A DNA stretch of 64,000 bases, taken from positions 5,874 through 69,873 of the forward strand of contig JACRPZ010000002.1 in assembly GCA_016222905.1 (NCBI GenBank). The letters are read 5' to 3'. Under the pieces are notes generated by a model. It was not told the DNA's origin, did no database searches, and saw only the letters and a program-made list of their open reading frames with translations. Made by a program: the position numbers and the translations under genes. The stretch comes from Nitrospirota bacterium. GTDB lineage: Bacteria; Nitrospirota; Thermodesulfovibrionia; UBA6902. Below, in pieces: positions 27,928 to 37,316 of this stretch; position 1 is the stretch's first letter, and each line of letters starts with the position of its first letter.

Positions 27928-28348
27928 TGAAAATCTCCTTCTCTTTCTTTCTCATTAAACGCGCCTTATATACTGACCCTTCATGGTCATGCTTTAGTAA
28001 ATGCAGTGTGCCGTGGATTAAGAGACGATTCACCTCATCATAAAAAGTTGCGCCTGCCTTCTCTGCCTGGCTCTCCGCCTTTGGCACAGATATGACGATA
28101 TCTCCGAGCACCGGCGGCTGGTCCCTTTCTCTAAAAGGGATATCAGCCTCAAAAGAGAGAACATCCGTGCTCTTAAGCTTGCCTCTGTAAGCAGCATTTA
28201 AGCGCAACATCCTTCTGTCGCCGATAAATAATATGCTGAGTTCAGCATCAGGCTGCGCTAATAAGGAAAGAATTTTGCCGACTGATCTTATTATCTTTGC
28301 TTTGTTAAGCCGTCTGCGCCTTTGCAGGTTCTTTATGAGTATTTTCAT
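27905..28348 (-). CDS. ybeY: Endoribonuclease YbeY (rRNA maturation factor).
   Basis: 'HGTLHLLKHDHE' zinc-binding H-x-x-x-H-x-x-x-x-x-H motif; ~147 aa. Confidence 0.85.
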   Translation of the reverse strand: MKILIKNLQRRRRLNKAKIIRSVGKILSLLAQPDAELSILFIGDRRMLRLNAAYRGKLKSTDVLSFEADIPFRERDQPPVLGDIVISVPKAESQAEKAGATFYDEVNRLLIHGTLHLLKHDHEGSVYKARLMRKKEKEIFNALKKVV

Positions 28349-29798
28349 CCTTTACTTCCAGCCCCGGATAGTTAACGCGTCTGTGATACATGCTGGTCAG
28401 AAGATAGACAAAATAGATCTTGATCTCCCGGATATCCTTAAGGGTCAACTCGCAGTTATCAAGTTGGCCGTCTATAAAGGCGTGATTGATCAGCTTCTCA
28501 ACAAGGGTGGAGACCCTTGTGGGAGTGGGATCTGACAAGACGCGCGAGGCAGCCTCTATGGCATCAGCCATAAGCACCAGCGCGGCGATTCTGGTCTGCG
28601 GCTTTGGACCGGGATACCTGAAATCCTCTGCCGAGACATGCGGTGACGCGTTCTCCTTCTCCTTCTGTTCTTTTGCCTTCTCATAGAAATATGTCTGCAC
28701 AGAGGTCCCGTGATGCTGTTGGATGATGTCTATTATTGATTTAGGGAGCTTGTACTGTTTTGCAAGCTCAACGCCCTCTTTTATGTGGGCCACCAGAACC
28801 ATACTGCTCATGCGGGGCGTGAGCTTGTCATGCACATTTGTCGGGCCCATCTGGTTCTCGATAAAGTATTCCGGCATCTTGATCTTGCCGATATCATGAT
28901 AATATGCAGATGCCCTCGCCAGAAGAGGATTGACGCCCACAGCTTCTGCCGCGGACTCAACCAGATTCCCCACCACGATACTGTGATGATAGGTTCCGGG
29001 CGCTTCAACCAGAAGCTCCCGCATCAGAGGATGATTCAGGTCAAGGAGTTCAAGAAGGCTGATATCAGTGGTTATCTTAAAGAAATACTCAAAGAGAGGC
29101 AGAAGCGCCGACACTAATATCGCAACTATAATGCCGTTTAAAAAGGATGTGCCGATGGATACAATCGTTCCGATCTTCAGAAATTCTCCGCTTGCGAGGG
29201 TGATCATCAGTGAGACGGAGACGCAGACGAGACCGACAAAAAGCCCCCCTCTCCAGATGGCTGAACGCTTTTTACATCTTATAACGCTGAAGGCCGCTGT
29301 GAGTCCCGCAGCAAAGGTGAATATGGAATAGAGCGGATTATTCAGCCATAACCCCGCGATAAGGCTTGTTATGAATGTAAATACAATGGCGGTATGTATG
29401 TCTATCAGAAGCACCGCAAGCATGGTGCCTGTTGCAAGCGGAATGGCATAAATAAAAAGTGAGGGATCTATTGTGCCGAAAGTCGCCGCGAAACCCTCAA
29501 GCACATAATCAAAGATACGCCCGATTATAAAATTGCCGGAGAGCAGGGTCAATATAAGAAGAATCAGCCTGTAGTCCTGCTTGATCGCGGGATTATAGCG
29601 CATCATGTCTTTATAAAAGATAAGCAATATAAACGCAATCAGAAGAAAGTTGCCGAGCGCTGTCTGCAATGAAAATGTCCTGCCCCACTCCATTGACATA
29701 TCTAAAATTGCGGCAAATATCACAAGTAGGGAGATTCTGAACAGGAGATTCTTGCCTATCTTCTCTTTTTTATGTTTTTGCAGTTTGTCGTTCTTCAT
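28305..29798 (-). CDS. 7TM receptor with intracellular HD hydrolase domain (7TMR-HD; PhoH-associated).
   Basis: N-terminal multi-TM region. 'YHDIGKIKMPEYF' is an HD motif. Sits in the conserved phoH - 7TM-HD - ybeY arrangement. Confidence 0.8.
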   Translation of the reverse strand: MKNDKLQKHKKEKIGKNLLFRISLLVIFAAILDMSMEWGRTFSLQTALGNFLLIAFILLIFYKDMMRYNPAIKQDYRLILLILTLLSGNFIIGRIFDYVLEGFAATFGTIDPSLFIYAIPLATGTMLAVLLIDIHTAIVFTFITSLIAGLWLNNPLYSIFTFAAGLTAAFSVIRCKKRSAIWRGGLFVGLVCVSVSLMITLASGEFLKIGTIVSIGTSFLNGIIVAILVSALLPLFEYFFKITTDISLLELLDLNHPLMRELLVEAPGTYHHSIVVGNLVESAAEAVGVNPLLARASAYYHDIGKIKMPEYFIENQMGPTNVHDKLTPRMSSMVLVAHIKEGVELAKQYKLPKSIIDIIQQHHGTSVQTYFYEKAKEQKEKENASPHVSAEDFRYPGPKPQTRIAALVLMADAIEAASRVLSDPTPTRVSTLVEKLINHAFIDGQLDNCELTLKDIREIKIYFVYLLTSMYHRRVNYPGLEVKDENTHKEPAKAQTA

Positions 29799-30678
29799 TT
29801 AATTTGTTTCGCTGTGATTTAGTTCTTTTTTCAAATTTTTCATATGCCTTGATTATATGCTGAACAAGCTTATGCCTTACCACGTCTCTTTCAGAAAAAT
29901 AAATAAAGCGCAGCCCTTTTATATTCTTCAGTATCTTCTCAGCCTCTATAAGGCCGGACCTCTTTTCCGACGGAAGATCTATCTGAGTGATGTCACCTGT
30001 AATCACTGTCTTTGAATTAAAGCCTAACCTTGTGAGATACATCTTCATCTGCTCTGATGTTGTATTCTGTGCTTCATCGAGTATTATAAAAGAATCGTTC
30101 AGTGTTCTGCCCCTCATAAAGGCAAGCGGGGCTATTTCGATAACGCCTTTTTCAATCAGTCTATGGGCTTTTTCAGCATCCATCATATCAAAAAGCGCGT
30201 CATAAAGGGGCCTTAAGTAAGGATTTATCTTTTCTTGTAAATCTCCGGGCAGGAATCCGAGCCTCTCCCCCGCCTCGACTGCGGGCCTTGCCAGTATAAT
30301 TCTGCTTACCTGCTTTTTAAGAAGCGCATTTATGGCCATCGCCATCGCCAGATAAGTCTTGCCTGTGCCGGCGGGGCCTATGCCGATAACCATGTCATTG
30401 AGCTTTATCGCTTCAATGTAATCCCTCTGTGCTGATGACCTTGGAACTATAAAATTCTTCTTTGATGATACAGGTATGGTGTTTAGAAGAAAATTTTTAA
30501 GCGGAGCTGACGGCGCGGCGTTCTGCACGGACGGATCTTTTACAGCGGTATCGTCAACAGCCTTTATTATATATTTTAAATCCTCAGGATTAATGGCATA
30601 ACCGTTGGCATTTACTGATTGCAGTTCCCTGAGAAGACCCTCTGCCCTCTTCACAGACTTTTCATGGCCCTGAAGCAA
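29770..30678 (-). CDS. phoH: PhoH-like ATPase (YbeZ).
   Basis: Walker A 'GPAGTGKTYLAMAMA' and KH-like N-terminal region. Confidence 0.85.
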   Translation of the reverse strand: MLQGHEKSVKRAEGLLRELQSVNANGYAINPEDLKYIIKAVDDTAVKDPSVQNAAPSAPLKNFLLNTIPVSSKKNFIVPRSSAQRDYIEAIKLNDMVIGIGPAGTGKTYLAMAMAINALLKKQVSRIILARPAVEAGERLGFLPGDLQEKINPYLRPLYDALFDMMDAEKAHRLIEKGVIEIAPLAFMRGRTLNDSFIILDEAQNTTSEQMKMYLTRLGFNSKTVITGDITQIDLPSEKRSGLIEAEKILKNIKGLRFIYFSERDVVRHKLVQHIIKAYEKFEKRTKSQRNKLNEERQTAKT

Positions 30679-30879
30679 TATCTTGCTTCCCCTGATCGAG
30701 GCGTCAATGCCGAGGGCTTCCTCTATTATTCTCAGGCTCTTATCGAGTGTGCCGTATGTCTGTGAAAGGTCTTTCTCTTCTCCTAAATCTATCTCGAGCT
30801 TAACCGTAGGCCTTCTCCTTTTTTTATATTATACTCGATATTGCCGATTTCTTATAACCTTAAGAATCGGGCAATATAT

Positions 30880-31890
30880 CTATATTACCAGCATCGCGTC
30901 CCCGTATGAAAAAAACCTGTAACCGGTCTTTTGAGCCCCTGCGTAAGCCTTTTTCAAAAGGCTGAGTCCTGAGAATGCGGAGGTGAGCATCATTGGGGTT
31001 GATTTAGGCTGATGAAAGTTTGTAACAAGCGCGTCTATTACCCTGAATTCATAGCCGGGATAGATAAATATTGACGTATCCCCTTGACCGCTCTTTATTC
31101 TCCTGCCGGAACATCCTGAAGCAGACGCTTCAAGCGCCCTTGTCACAGTCGTGCCTACTGCAATGACCCTTCTGCCCTCTGCTTTAGCGAGGTTAACAGC
31201 CCCGGCGGTCTCTTTCGAGATTTCGTAAGATTCAACATCCATAACATGATTTTTAATATCATCGCTTCTGACCGGTTTAAAAGTGCCGTAACCGACATGG
31301 AGTGTGAGCATCCGCACATCAATGCCTTTCTTCTTTATAGCATTGATAATTTTATCAGTAAAATGAAGGCCTGCCGTAGGCGCGGCTATCGCCCCTTCTT
31401 TATCTGCATATACTGTCTGATAGCGTTCAGTGTCAGTTTTTCCAGCCGCTCTCTTTATATATGGAGGAAGCGCCATAACCCCGATCTTATCTAAAGAACC
31501 CCTTATGTTTTCCCCTTCAAATTTTACTCTGGCAACCCCGTTTGACGGCGATACATGAGCTGTGATGCCGCCCTTGAGCGAAACCTTCCCCTTAAATGCC
31601 CCTTTCATAATGGCTTCCCATACATTTTCCTGAAGCTCTTTCAAGAGCAATATCTCTGTCTTCCCTCCCGATGCTCTTGTTCCGTAAAGACGCGCCGGAA
31701 TAACTTTGGTATTGTTAAGAACAAGAACGTCTCCCGGCTTAAGAAACTCAACAATATCTTTGAAGAGCCTGTGTTCAAACATGTCGGACTCCCTGTTAAG
31801 AACACACAATCTGGAGGACTCCCTATTCGGAAGAGGATGCTGCGCTATCCGGGCTTGAGGTATATCGTAATCAAATTCTGAAAGTTTCAT
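30880..31890 (-). CDS. queA: S-adenosylmethionine:tRNA ribosyltransferase-isomerase QueA.
   Basis: 'MKLSEFDYDIPQARIAQHPL..R..SRL' N-terminus and overall QueA organisation. Confidence 0.9.
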   Translation of the reverse strand: MKLSEFDYDIPQARIAQHPLPNRESSRLCVLNRESDMFEHRLFKDIVEFLKPGDVLVLNNTKVIPARLYGTRASGGKTEILLLKELQENVWEAIMKGAFKGKVSLKGGITAHVSPSNGVARVKFEGENIRGSLDKIGVMALPPYIKRAAGKTDTERYQTVYADKEGAIAAPTAGLHFTDKIINAIKKKGIDVRMLTLHVGYGTFKPVRSDDIKNHVMDVESYEISKETAGAVNLAKAEGRRVIAVGTTVTRALEASASGCSGRRIKSGQGDTSIFIYPGYEFRVIDALVTNFHQPKSTPMMLTSAFSGLSLLKKAYAGAQKTGYRFFSYGDAMLVI

Positions 31891-31927
31891 ATGACTTGCT
31901 TAACCCAAAAAATACATTTAAATAAAA

Positions 31928-32080
31928 CCACAGAGTTCACAGAGCTTTTCAAAAATCTAAAATTCTTTTTCTCTGTGTCCACTGTGGTGAAACAATTCTT
32001 TCCCTCTTTTTTTATGAAACTTTTAATATTACCAATTCTTCTTTTGCTATCAAAATATTTCCTCTGAGGTCTCTGTGGTT
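31928..32080. repeat. Three copies of a CCACAGAG/CTCTGTGG motif. Two form an imperfect inverted repeat followed by a T-rich run on the minus strand, a possible terminator of the ygjP-hsd operon or a regulator site.
   Basis: ccacagagttcacagag (31928-44), tctctgtgtccactgtggtg (31970-89), cctctgaggtctctgtggtt (32061-80). Confidence 0.3.
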
Positions 32081-32096
32081 AATTGCGGTTCCCGGG

Positions 32097-32768
32097 TTAA
32101 ATGCTCAAAGTCCTTCCATTATCCTTCAACCACGTTCGTCTTCTTTTGAAATCAGGCTGAATGCTTTTGACCTTATCCCAAAATAACCTTGAATGATCTC
32201 TTTGCTCCAAATGTACAAGTTCATGCACAACTACATAGTCAATTATTTCCATCGGCGCCATTATCAAACGCCAGTTATAATTTACCGTTCCTCTGTACCC
32301 GCTTGAGCCCCATCTTTTTTTAGCATTACTGATTTTGATTGATAGCGGCTTGTATCCGGTAAGCCTTGAATACCACTCACAGCGCTCTTTTATCTTCTTT
32401 TCTGCTTCAGATTTGTACCATTTTTTCACAACATCCCTGGCACAAGACGCTTTCTCTTGAGATAAAAGCAGATTATCTTTAAGCTCAACATCACCAACAA
32501 TATCATCCACAATTTTCAACTTATAGCTCTCTCCAAGATAAAGGAACGACTCTCCATTTATAAATTCTTTGTCTTTTGGCTTGGGTTTTCTCTGCATCTC
32601 CCGCATCTTTGTCCTGATCCAGTCTCGTTTTATATTGACCAGACTCTTAAGGTAATCAAGCGGGGTTTTTAGCGGAGAACGAATAACAAGCGTTGCATCA
32701 TGCGTCACCACAAGCGCAATCGTTCTTCTCTTTGAGCGGATTATTTTGCTGATCTCAATTTCTTGCAT
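32097..32768 (-). CDS. YgjP-like metal-dependent hydrolase (DUF45/WLM-like, HExxH).
   Basis: 'YVVVHELVHLEQRDHS' HExxH motif. This family commonly flanks Type I RM operons. Confidence 0.6.
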   Translation of the reverse strand: MQEIEISKIIRSKRRTIALVVTHDATLVIRSPLKTPLDYLKSLVNIKRDWIRTKMREMQRKPKPKDKEFINGESFLYLGESYKLKIVDDIVGDVELKDNLLLSQEKASCARDVVKKWYKSEAEKKIKERCEWYSRLTGYKPLSIKISNAKKRWGSSGYRGTVNYNWRLIMAPMEIIDYVVVHELVHLEQRDHSRLFWDKVKSIQPDFKRRRTWLKDNGRTLSI

Positions 32769-32778
32769 TTTCGATTCT

Positions 32779-33096
32779 TTAAAATCTCGGCATTAATTTT
32801 AACCTTTTTTCCAATTTCTCATAATCACCTAAATAAGCCATCATTAGAGCTTTCCAGAGTTTGCCATGATTCGGGACTCGGAAGTGCAGGAGTTCATGAA
32901 CGATTACATATTCGCCCAAGTCTTGTGCCATTGCAAGCAATGCCTCGTCAAATGTAAAGTTGCCTTTTGTTGAACACGAAGCCCATTTGTTTTTCATCTG
33001 GCGAATCGTGATATGGCTTGCCTTCACGCCAATATTATCGGCAAAGTGAAGAACTCTCTTCTTAAATTCTTCTTTATTTTTCCAATGTTTTTTCAT
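32779..33096 (-). CDS. Second short YgjP/DUF45-like protein (HELLH).
   Basis: 'YVIVHELLHFRVPNHGKLW'. Overlaps the hsdR stop by 4 nt. Confidence 0.5.
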   Translation of the reverse strand: MKKHWKNKEEFKKRVLHFADNIGVKASHITIRQMKNKWASCSTKGNFTFDEALLAMAQDLGEYVIVHELLHFRVPNHGKLWKALMMAYLGDYEKLEKRLKLMPRF

Positions 33097-36023
33097 AGCT
33101 TAAAGGCTTTGAATAGATATGAGAAAAATGTTTCTACGAATTTAATAATGTCTTCATCTGAAGCCTGGTCGTCATGATTCATAATTGCAAACATTACTTG
33201 TTGCCGTAGTTCTCTCAGGTCATTCTCGCTTGTCTTCCAATGAGGATTATACGCAAACGCATGTTTTATTTTTCGTGCGATTGTTTCTGAATTCTTGAAA
33301 TTCTTTTCAACCAGCAATAGGTAAACGAAGTAAGTAATATCGTCAAATTGTTTTTCTGCCTGTTCTCTCTTCTGTTCAACTGTTCTTTGAATCAAAGATT
33401 CCAGCCTTGCTAAAGTTTCTTCTGTGGTCAACTGACGGGCTTCATATCCTTCCTGAATGGCTTCAGCCTTTTGCTTCATCGAGATAAGCACCAGATCACC
33501 TTCTTCATCATCCGCTGCCTTATCAATGCTTTTAATCAGGTTGATGATTTTCACATTGTCGGGTTTGTTGTTCTTTTTAATTTCCTCCAATGTATGTTCA
33601 TTGATCTCAAACAAATCAGTTGGTTTACCTAATCCCGCTATCTCAACTCGTTCCTTAACAAGACTTTCCGTCTTGCGCATAAATTCCCTGTCCACATAAA
33701 CACGCTTCACAAAGGCATTGCGGACTATTAAGTACATATCGCATAGCAATTTGTATTTGTCTATATAAGGAAGCAGAAACTGATCCGGCGAAATGATTTC
33801 GTAAAGGGTTTCAATCTGCTTGTAGAATTTAAATAACTCGGTGCGCCTGGATTTGTCTTTGAAGTATTCAATCAGCTTGTCTGTTTCTTTATCGGTAAAA
33901 GGCTGATTTACCAGTGCCGCATACACAGAACCTTCATTTTCCATCTTCTCGTTGAACAGGTTCTTCAGCAGGGCAATGTCTTTCACAACAGCATTTACTT
34001 CATCAGAATCAAATGAAAGCGCCTTTTCGAGTTTATCAAAGATACCGATAAAATCAAGCACAAAGCCGTGAGGTTTTTTTAAATCCTTGTCTTCGTCCTC
34101 ATACGGTCTGTTTACCCTTGCTATGGCTTGCAGTAAAGTATGGTCACGCATCGGCTTATCAAGATACATTGCATACAGGCAGGGCGCATCATAACCGGTA
34201 AGCAGTTTCTCTGTTACGATAAGCACCTTTGGCAGCTTTTCAATGTTTGCAAAATCTTTCCGTACTGCCTTTTCATCTCTTGAAGTAAGATAGTATCTCT
34301 TTAATGCTTCACTGTCATTCTGTGCAGGGGTATAAACCACTTTTGAATATTCAGGCGGCAGATATTTATCCAATGCTTCCTTATACAAGGCACAAGCCTC
34401 TCTGTCAACGCCCACCAGAAATGCCTTGTAGCCCAGCGGTTCTACATTTTCTCTGAAATGCTTTGCCACATACTGAGCCACTGCATCAACCCTCTGGTCT
34501 GCCTTGAGGAATGTTTTTGTCTGCACGGCCCTTTGCAGTATCTTATTCAGCTCATCAATGTCACTGATGCCTTCTGTTTCTGCAAGGGATAAAAATTCCT
34601 TCTCCAGCAGCTCTGAAGGAACGCGCAATTCATTAGGCGCAAGCGCGTAGAAAAGCGGAAGGGTTGTTCCGTCTTTAATGGACTCGGCAATAGAATATTT
34701 ATGCAGATAACCTTTATCATCATCAATGCCGAAAATTTTAAATGTGCCTTTACCGTAAGCTGTTTTGTCTACTGGTGTGCCTGAAAAACCAATTAACGAT
34801 GAATTTGGGATAGCAGCCATCAGGTAAGTGCCAAGATCGCTTCCTGTGCTCCGGTGTGCTTCATCAATCAATACATAGATATTCTTTCTGGTGTTAAGGG
34901 GTTTATCGGTCTTGTCGAATTTATGGATCATTGAAACGATAATGCCCCGGTAATCTTTCTTTAAAAGCCGATTGAGATGCACACGGCTTGTGACCAGAGT
35001 AACTGCTCCAATGCCTAATGATTCAAGATTACGCTTCATCTGGTCTTCTAATTCGTTGCGGTCCAGTAACAAAATGATGGTGGGCTTTTCGGCCTGAGGC
35101 GCTTTGTAAAGCATCTCAGCAGTTTTGATGATGGTAAATGTCTTGCCGCTGCCTTGTGTATGCCATACCAAACCCCTGCGCTTTTCAGGCGCAATGCATC
35201 TGTCTATTACGAGTTCAACCGCCTTTGTTTGATGCTGCTTCAGGATAAACTTGTTTAGCTCCTCATCCTTCTCTACAAACAGGATGTAATTCTTTATAAA
35301 AGCCAATACCTGCGGGATGGCACAAAAGGTCTTAACCTTGGCTTCAAGATTGCCGATTTCCTCATGCTTCCAGTTGAATATATTTCTGCGGACTAAATTC
35401 CATGTGACACCATAAGAGAATCCCAATGATTCGGTAACAGAGAGCAATTGTTGCGGCAGCATCATTTCAGGAGTTTCCCTGTGGTAGCGCCTGATCTGGT
35501 CAATGCCTATGGCAATGGCTTCGTCTTTTGTTGCGTTCTTACATTCAATTACCAAAACAGGAATACCGTTAATGAGAAACACAACATCCTCACGGTTGGC
35601 ATAATGGCCATTGAAAACTGTGTATTCTTCAGTGATGTGATAAACATTTTTATCAGGCTCGGTAAAATCAATCAACTGCAAATTGAGATCACGGTTTTCG
35701 GCCTTGCAGAAGTAGGTTTTTTCGCCTCTTAGCATTGTCAGAAAATCACGGTTGCCTTGTATGCTAAAAGGAAAGTTGGTTAAGGTTCGGATGAGTTCTT
35801 CCTTGCTGAGTTCATAACGAGGGTTAAACTCGATGACCTTATTGAACAGAATATCGTCAAAGAAGAGAGAGGCCTTTCGTGCCTGCTCTTTAGGGGTTAA
35901 AGCATTCAGGTCAAACTTGCGCCATTCCTCTGCTTGTGATTGTAGAATAAAAGTCCACCCGATTTGCGATGCATAACGGGTGATTGGATATTGAACGGCT
36001 TTATGTTCTGTCGGCCCGGGCAT
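33093..36023 (-). CDS. hsdR: Type I restriction enzyme, R subunit (HsdR).
   Basis: 976 aa; N-terminal HsdR_N region, helicase motifs 'GSGKTFT' and 'DEAHRS', plus a C-terminal domain. Confidence 0.9.
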   Translation of the reverse strand: MPGPTEHKAVQYPITRYASQIGWTFILQSQAEEWRKFDLNALTPKEQARKASLFFDDILFNKVIEFNPRYELSKEELIRTLTNFPFSIQGNRDFLTMLRGEKTYFCKAENRDLNLQLIDFTEPDKNVYHITEEYTVFNGHYANREDVVFLINGIPVLVIECKNATKDEAIAIGIDQIRRYHRETPEMMLPQQLLSVTESLGFSYGVTWNLVRRNIFNWKHEEIGNLEAKVKTFCAIPQVLAFIKNYILFVEKDEELNKFILKQHQTKAVELVIDRCIAPEKRRGLVWHTQGSGKTFTIIKTAEMLYKAPQAEKPTIILLLDRNELEDQMKRNLESLGIGAVTLVTSRVHLNRLLKKDYRGIIVSMIHKFDKTDKPLNTRKNIYVLIDEAHRSTGSDLGTYLMAAIPNSSLIGFSGTPVDKTAYGKGTFKIFGIDDDKGYLHKYSIAESIKDGTTLPLFYALAPNELRVPSELLEKEFLSLAETEGISDIDELNKILQRAVQTKTFLKADQRVDAVAQYVAKHFRENVEPLGYKAFLVGVDREACALYKEALDKYLPPEYSKVVYTPAQNDSEALKRYYLTSRDEKAVRKDFANIEKLPKVLIVTEKLLTGYDAPCLYAMYLDKPMRDHTLLQAIARVNRPYEDEDKDLKKPHGFVLDFIGIFDKLEKALSFDSDEVNAVVKDIALLKNLFNEKMENEGSVYAALVNQPFTDKETDKLIEYFKDKSRRTELFKFYKQIETLYEIISPDQFLLPYIDKYKLLCDMYLIVRNAFVKRVYVDREFMRKTESLVKERVEIAGLGKPTDLFEINEHTLEEIKKNNKPDNVKIINLIKSIDKAADDEEGDLVLISMKQKAEAIQEGYEARQLTTEETLARLESLIQRTVEQKREQAEKQFDDITYFVYLLLVEKNFKNSETIARKIKHAFAYNPHWKTSENDLRELRQQVMFAIMNHDDQASDEDIIKFVETFFSYLFKAFKL

Positions 36024-36029
36024 TTGTAG

Positions 36030-37313
36030 CTATACCTTTTTAAACTGCAAATCCTTCACCCTTATCTGCCCCGTCATCAATTGATGCAGCATGCTGCGGA
36101 ACAAGGCCATGAGAGTTTGTTTTTTTGTCTGGTGATGCTGGAGTTTTCTATCTAATACCATTAATGAATTAGCAACTTCTTCTTGTTCTATTTTTGTCTT
36201 TGGAATAGCTAATCGAATATCTTTTAAATCTTCTCTTGTAATGCCTTTAATTGTTGCACCCCTTTTTTGTGCTTCAAATATTCTTTGAACTCTTTCCGTG
36301 AGAATTTGGTAAGCAAGAAATTCAAGACAATACTTTTTTCTATTAATAAGAATTCCCGTTAAATCTTGGCTAATTGCCATATCAACTAAATTGATTGCAA
36401 CTTTACCAACTGTTACCCTTGTTGAGACGATCAGATTATTTTTAGGAACTACATTTGATGAACTATTCCCTAAGCCAATTTTTGAAATTCTCCTTTCGCC
36501 GTCTTCAAGGTAAATTTTATCAGTTGCTAATCTTTTGCTGGTTGTCCAATGAATATCTCCAATCCAATACTTATCATTCTTTGTTGAAGGAGTTCCACCG
36601 CCCAAAAAATTAAAACCTACATTTTCAATCTTTTTTACCTCCCAACTCGCCGGTATCAAGCCGACCTCGGTTTGTTTCTGCGCTTCTCCTTTTGTGCCTT
36701 CGGTGAAGAGTTTTTGCATCAGGGCATTTTTCAACTCTGTTGTGGTTCGGATTATCTGCTCCTGCTTTTGTATGGCGGATTGCATAAGGGTAAGGATGTG
36801 GGAGATGGATTGTTGTTCAGAATATGGGGGAAGAGGAATTTTAATTCCTTTTACATCTGAATCCCTAACAGCAGGATAACTTGCTCCTCTTTGCAATTGA
36901 GCAATCTCATTAATATAGAAATCAGTTAAAAGGTAGTAATATAAAAATCTGTAAGCAACCAATGACTTGTTGGCTTTAAGGACGCAATACCCTGTGCTGC
37001 ATAATTCTTTATGGAGATCGGACTCAACTATTGCAACTCTTTTCAATGTAGGTCTCACAGTAGCAAAAATTACATCATCTGCTTCAATTATTTTTCTTGC
37101 TCTGCTTGGGGCATTTTCCCCTTTCAGTATTGAGTATTCTTGTATTTGGAAGAGTTCGTTATTAACTCCGGAAACATCAACATATTTTATTTCTTCATCC
37201 GGTTTTTTACTTGGATCTCTTTGTTGTGTTTTCAGAACGACTTTGCTGATTGGAATATAATCCCAATCTTTTGGCAGAAATGCTTCCTCAATATGCTTTG
37301 AATGATTCACCAT
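36030..37313 (-). CDS. hsdS: Type I restriction-modification specificity subunit (HsdS) with two target-recognition domains.
   Basis: Two repeated half-domains with conserved inter-TRD coiled-coil regions (LPPLSEQQ..I-like 'LPPYSEQQSI'). Position between hsdM and hsdR. Confidence 0.8.
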   Translation of the reverse strand: MVNHSKHIEEAFLPKDWDYIPISKVVLKTQQRDPSKKPDEEIKYVDVSGVNNELFQIQEYSILKGENAPSRARKIIEADDVIFATVRPTLKRVAIVESDLHKELCSTGYCVLKANKSLVAYRFLYYYLLTDFYINEIAQLQRGASYPAVRDSDVKGIKIPLPPYSEQQSISHILTLMQSAIQKQEQIIRTTTELKNALMQKLFTEGTKGEAQKQTEVGLIPASWEVKKIENVGFNFLGGGTPSTKNDKYWIGDIHWTTSKRLATDKIYLEDGERRISKIGLGNSSSNVVPKNNLIVSTRVTVGKVAINLVDMAISQDLTGILINRKKYCLEFLAYQILTERVQRIFEAQKRGATIKGITREDLKDIRLAIPKTKIEQEEVANSLMVLDRKLQHHQTKKQTLMALFRSMLHQLMTGQIRVKDLQFKKV

Positions 37314-37316
37314 TAA

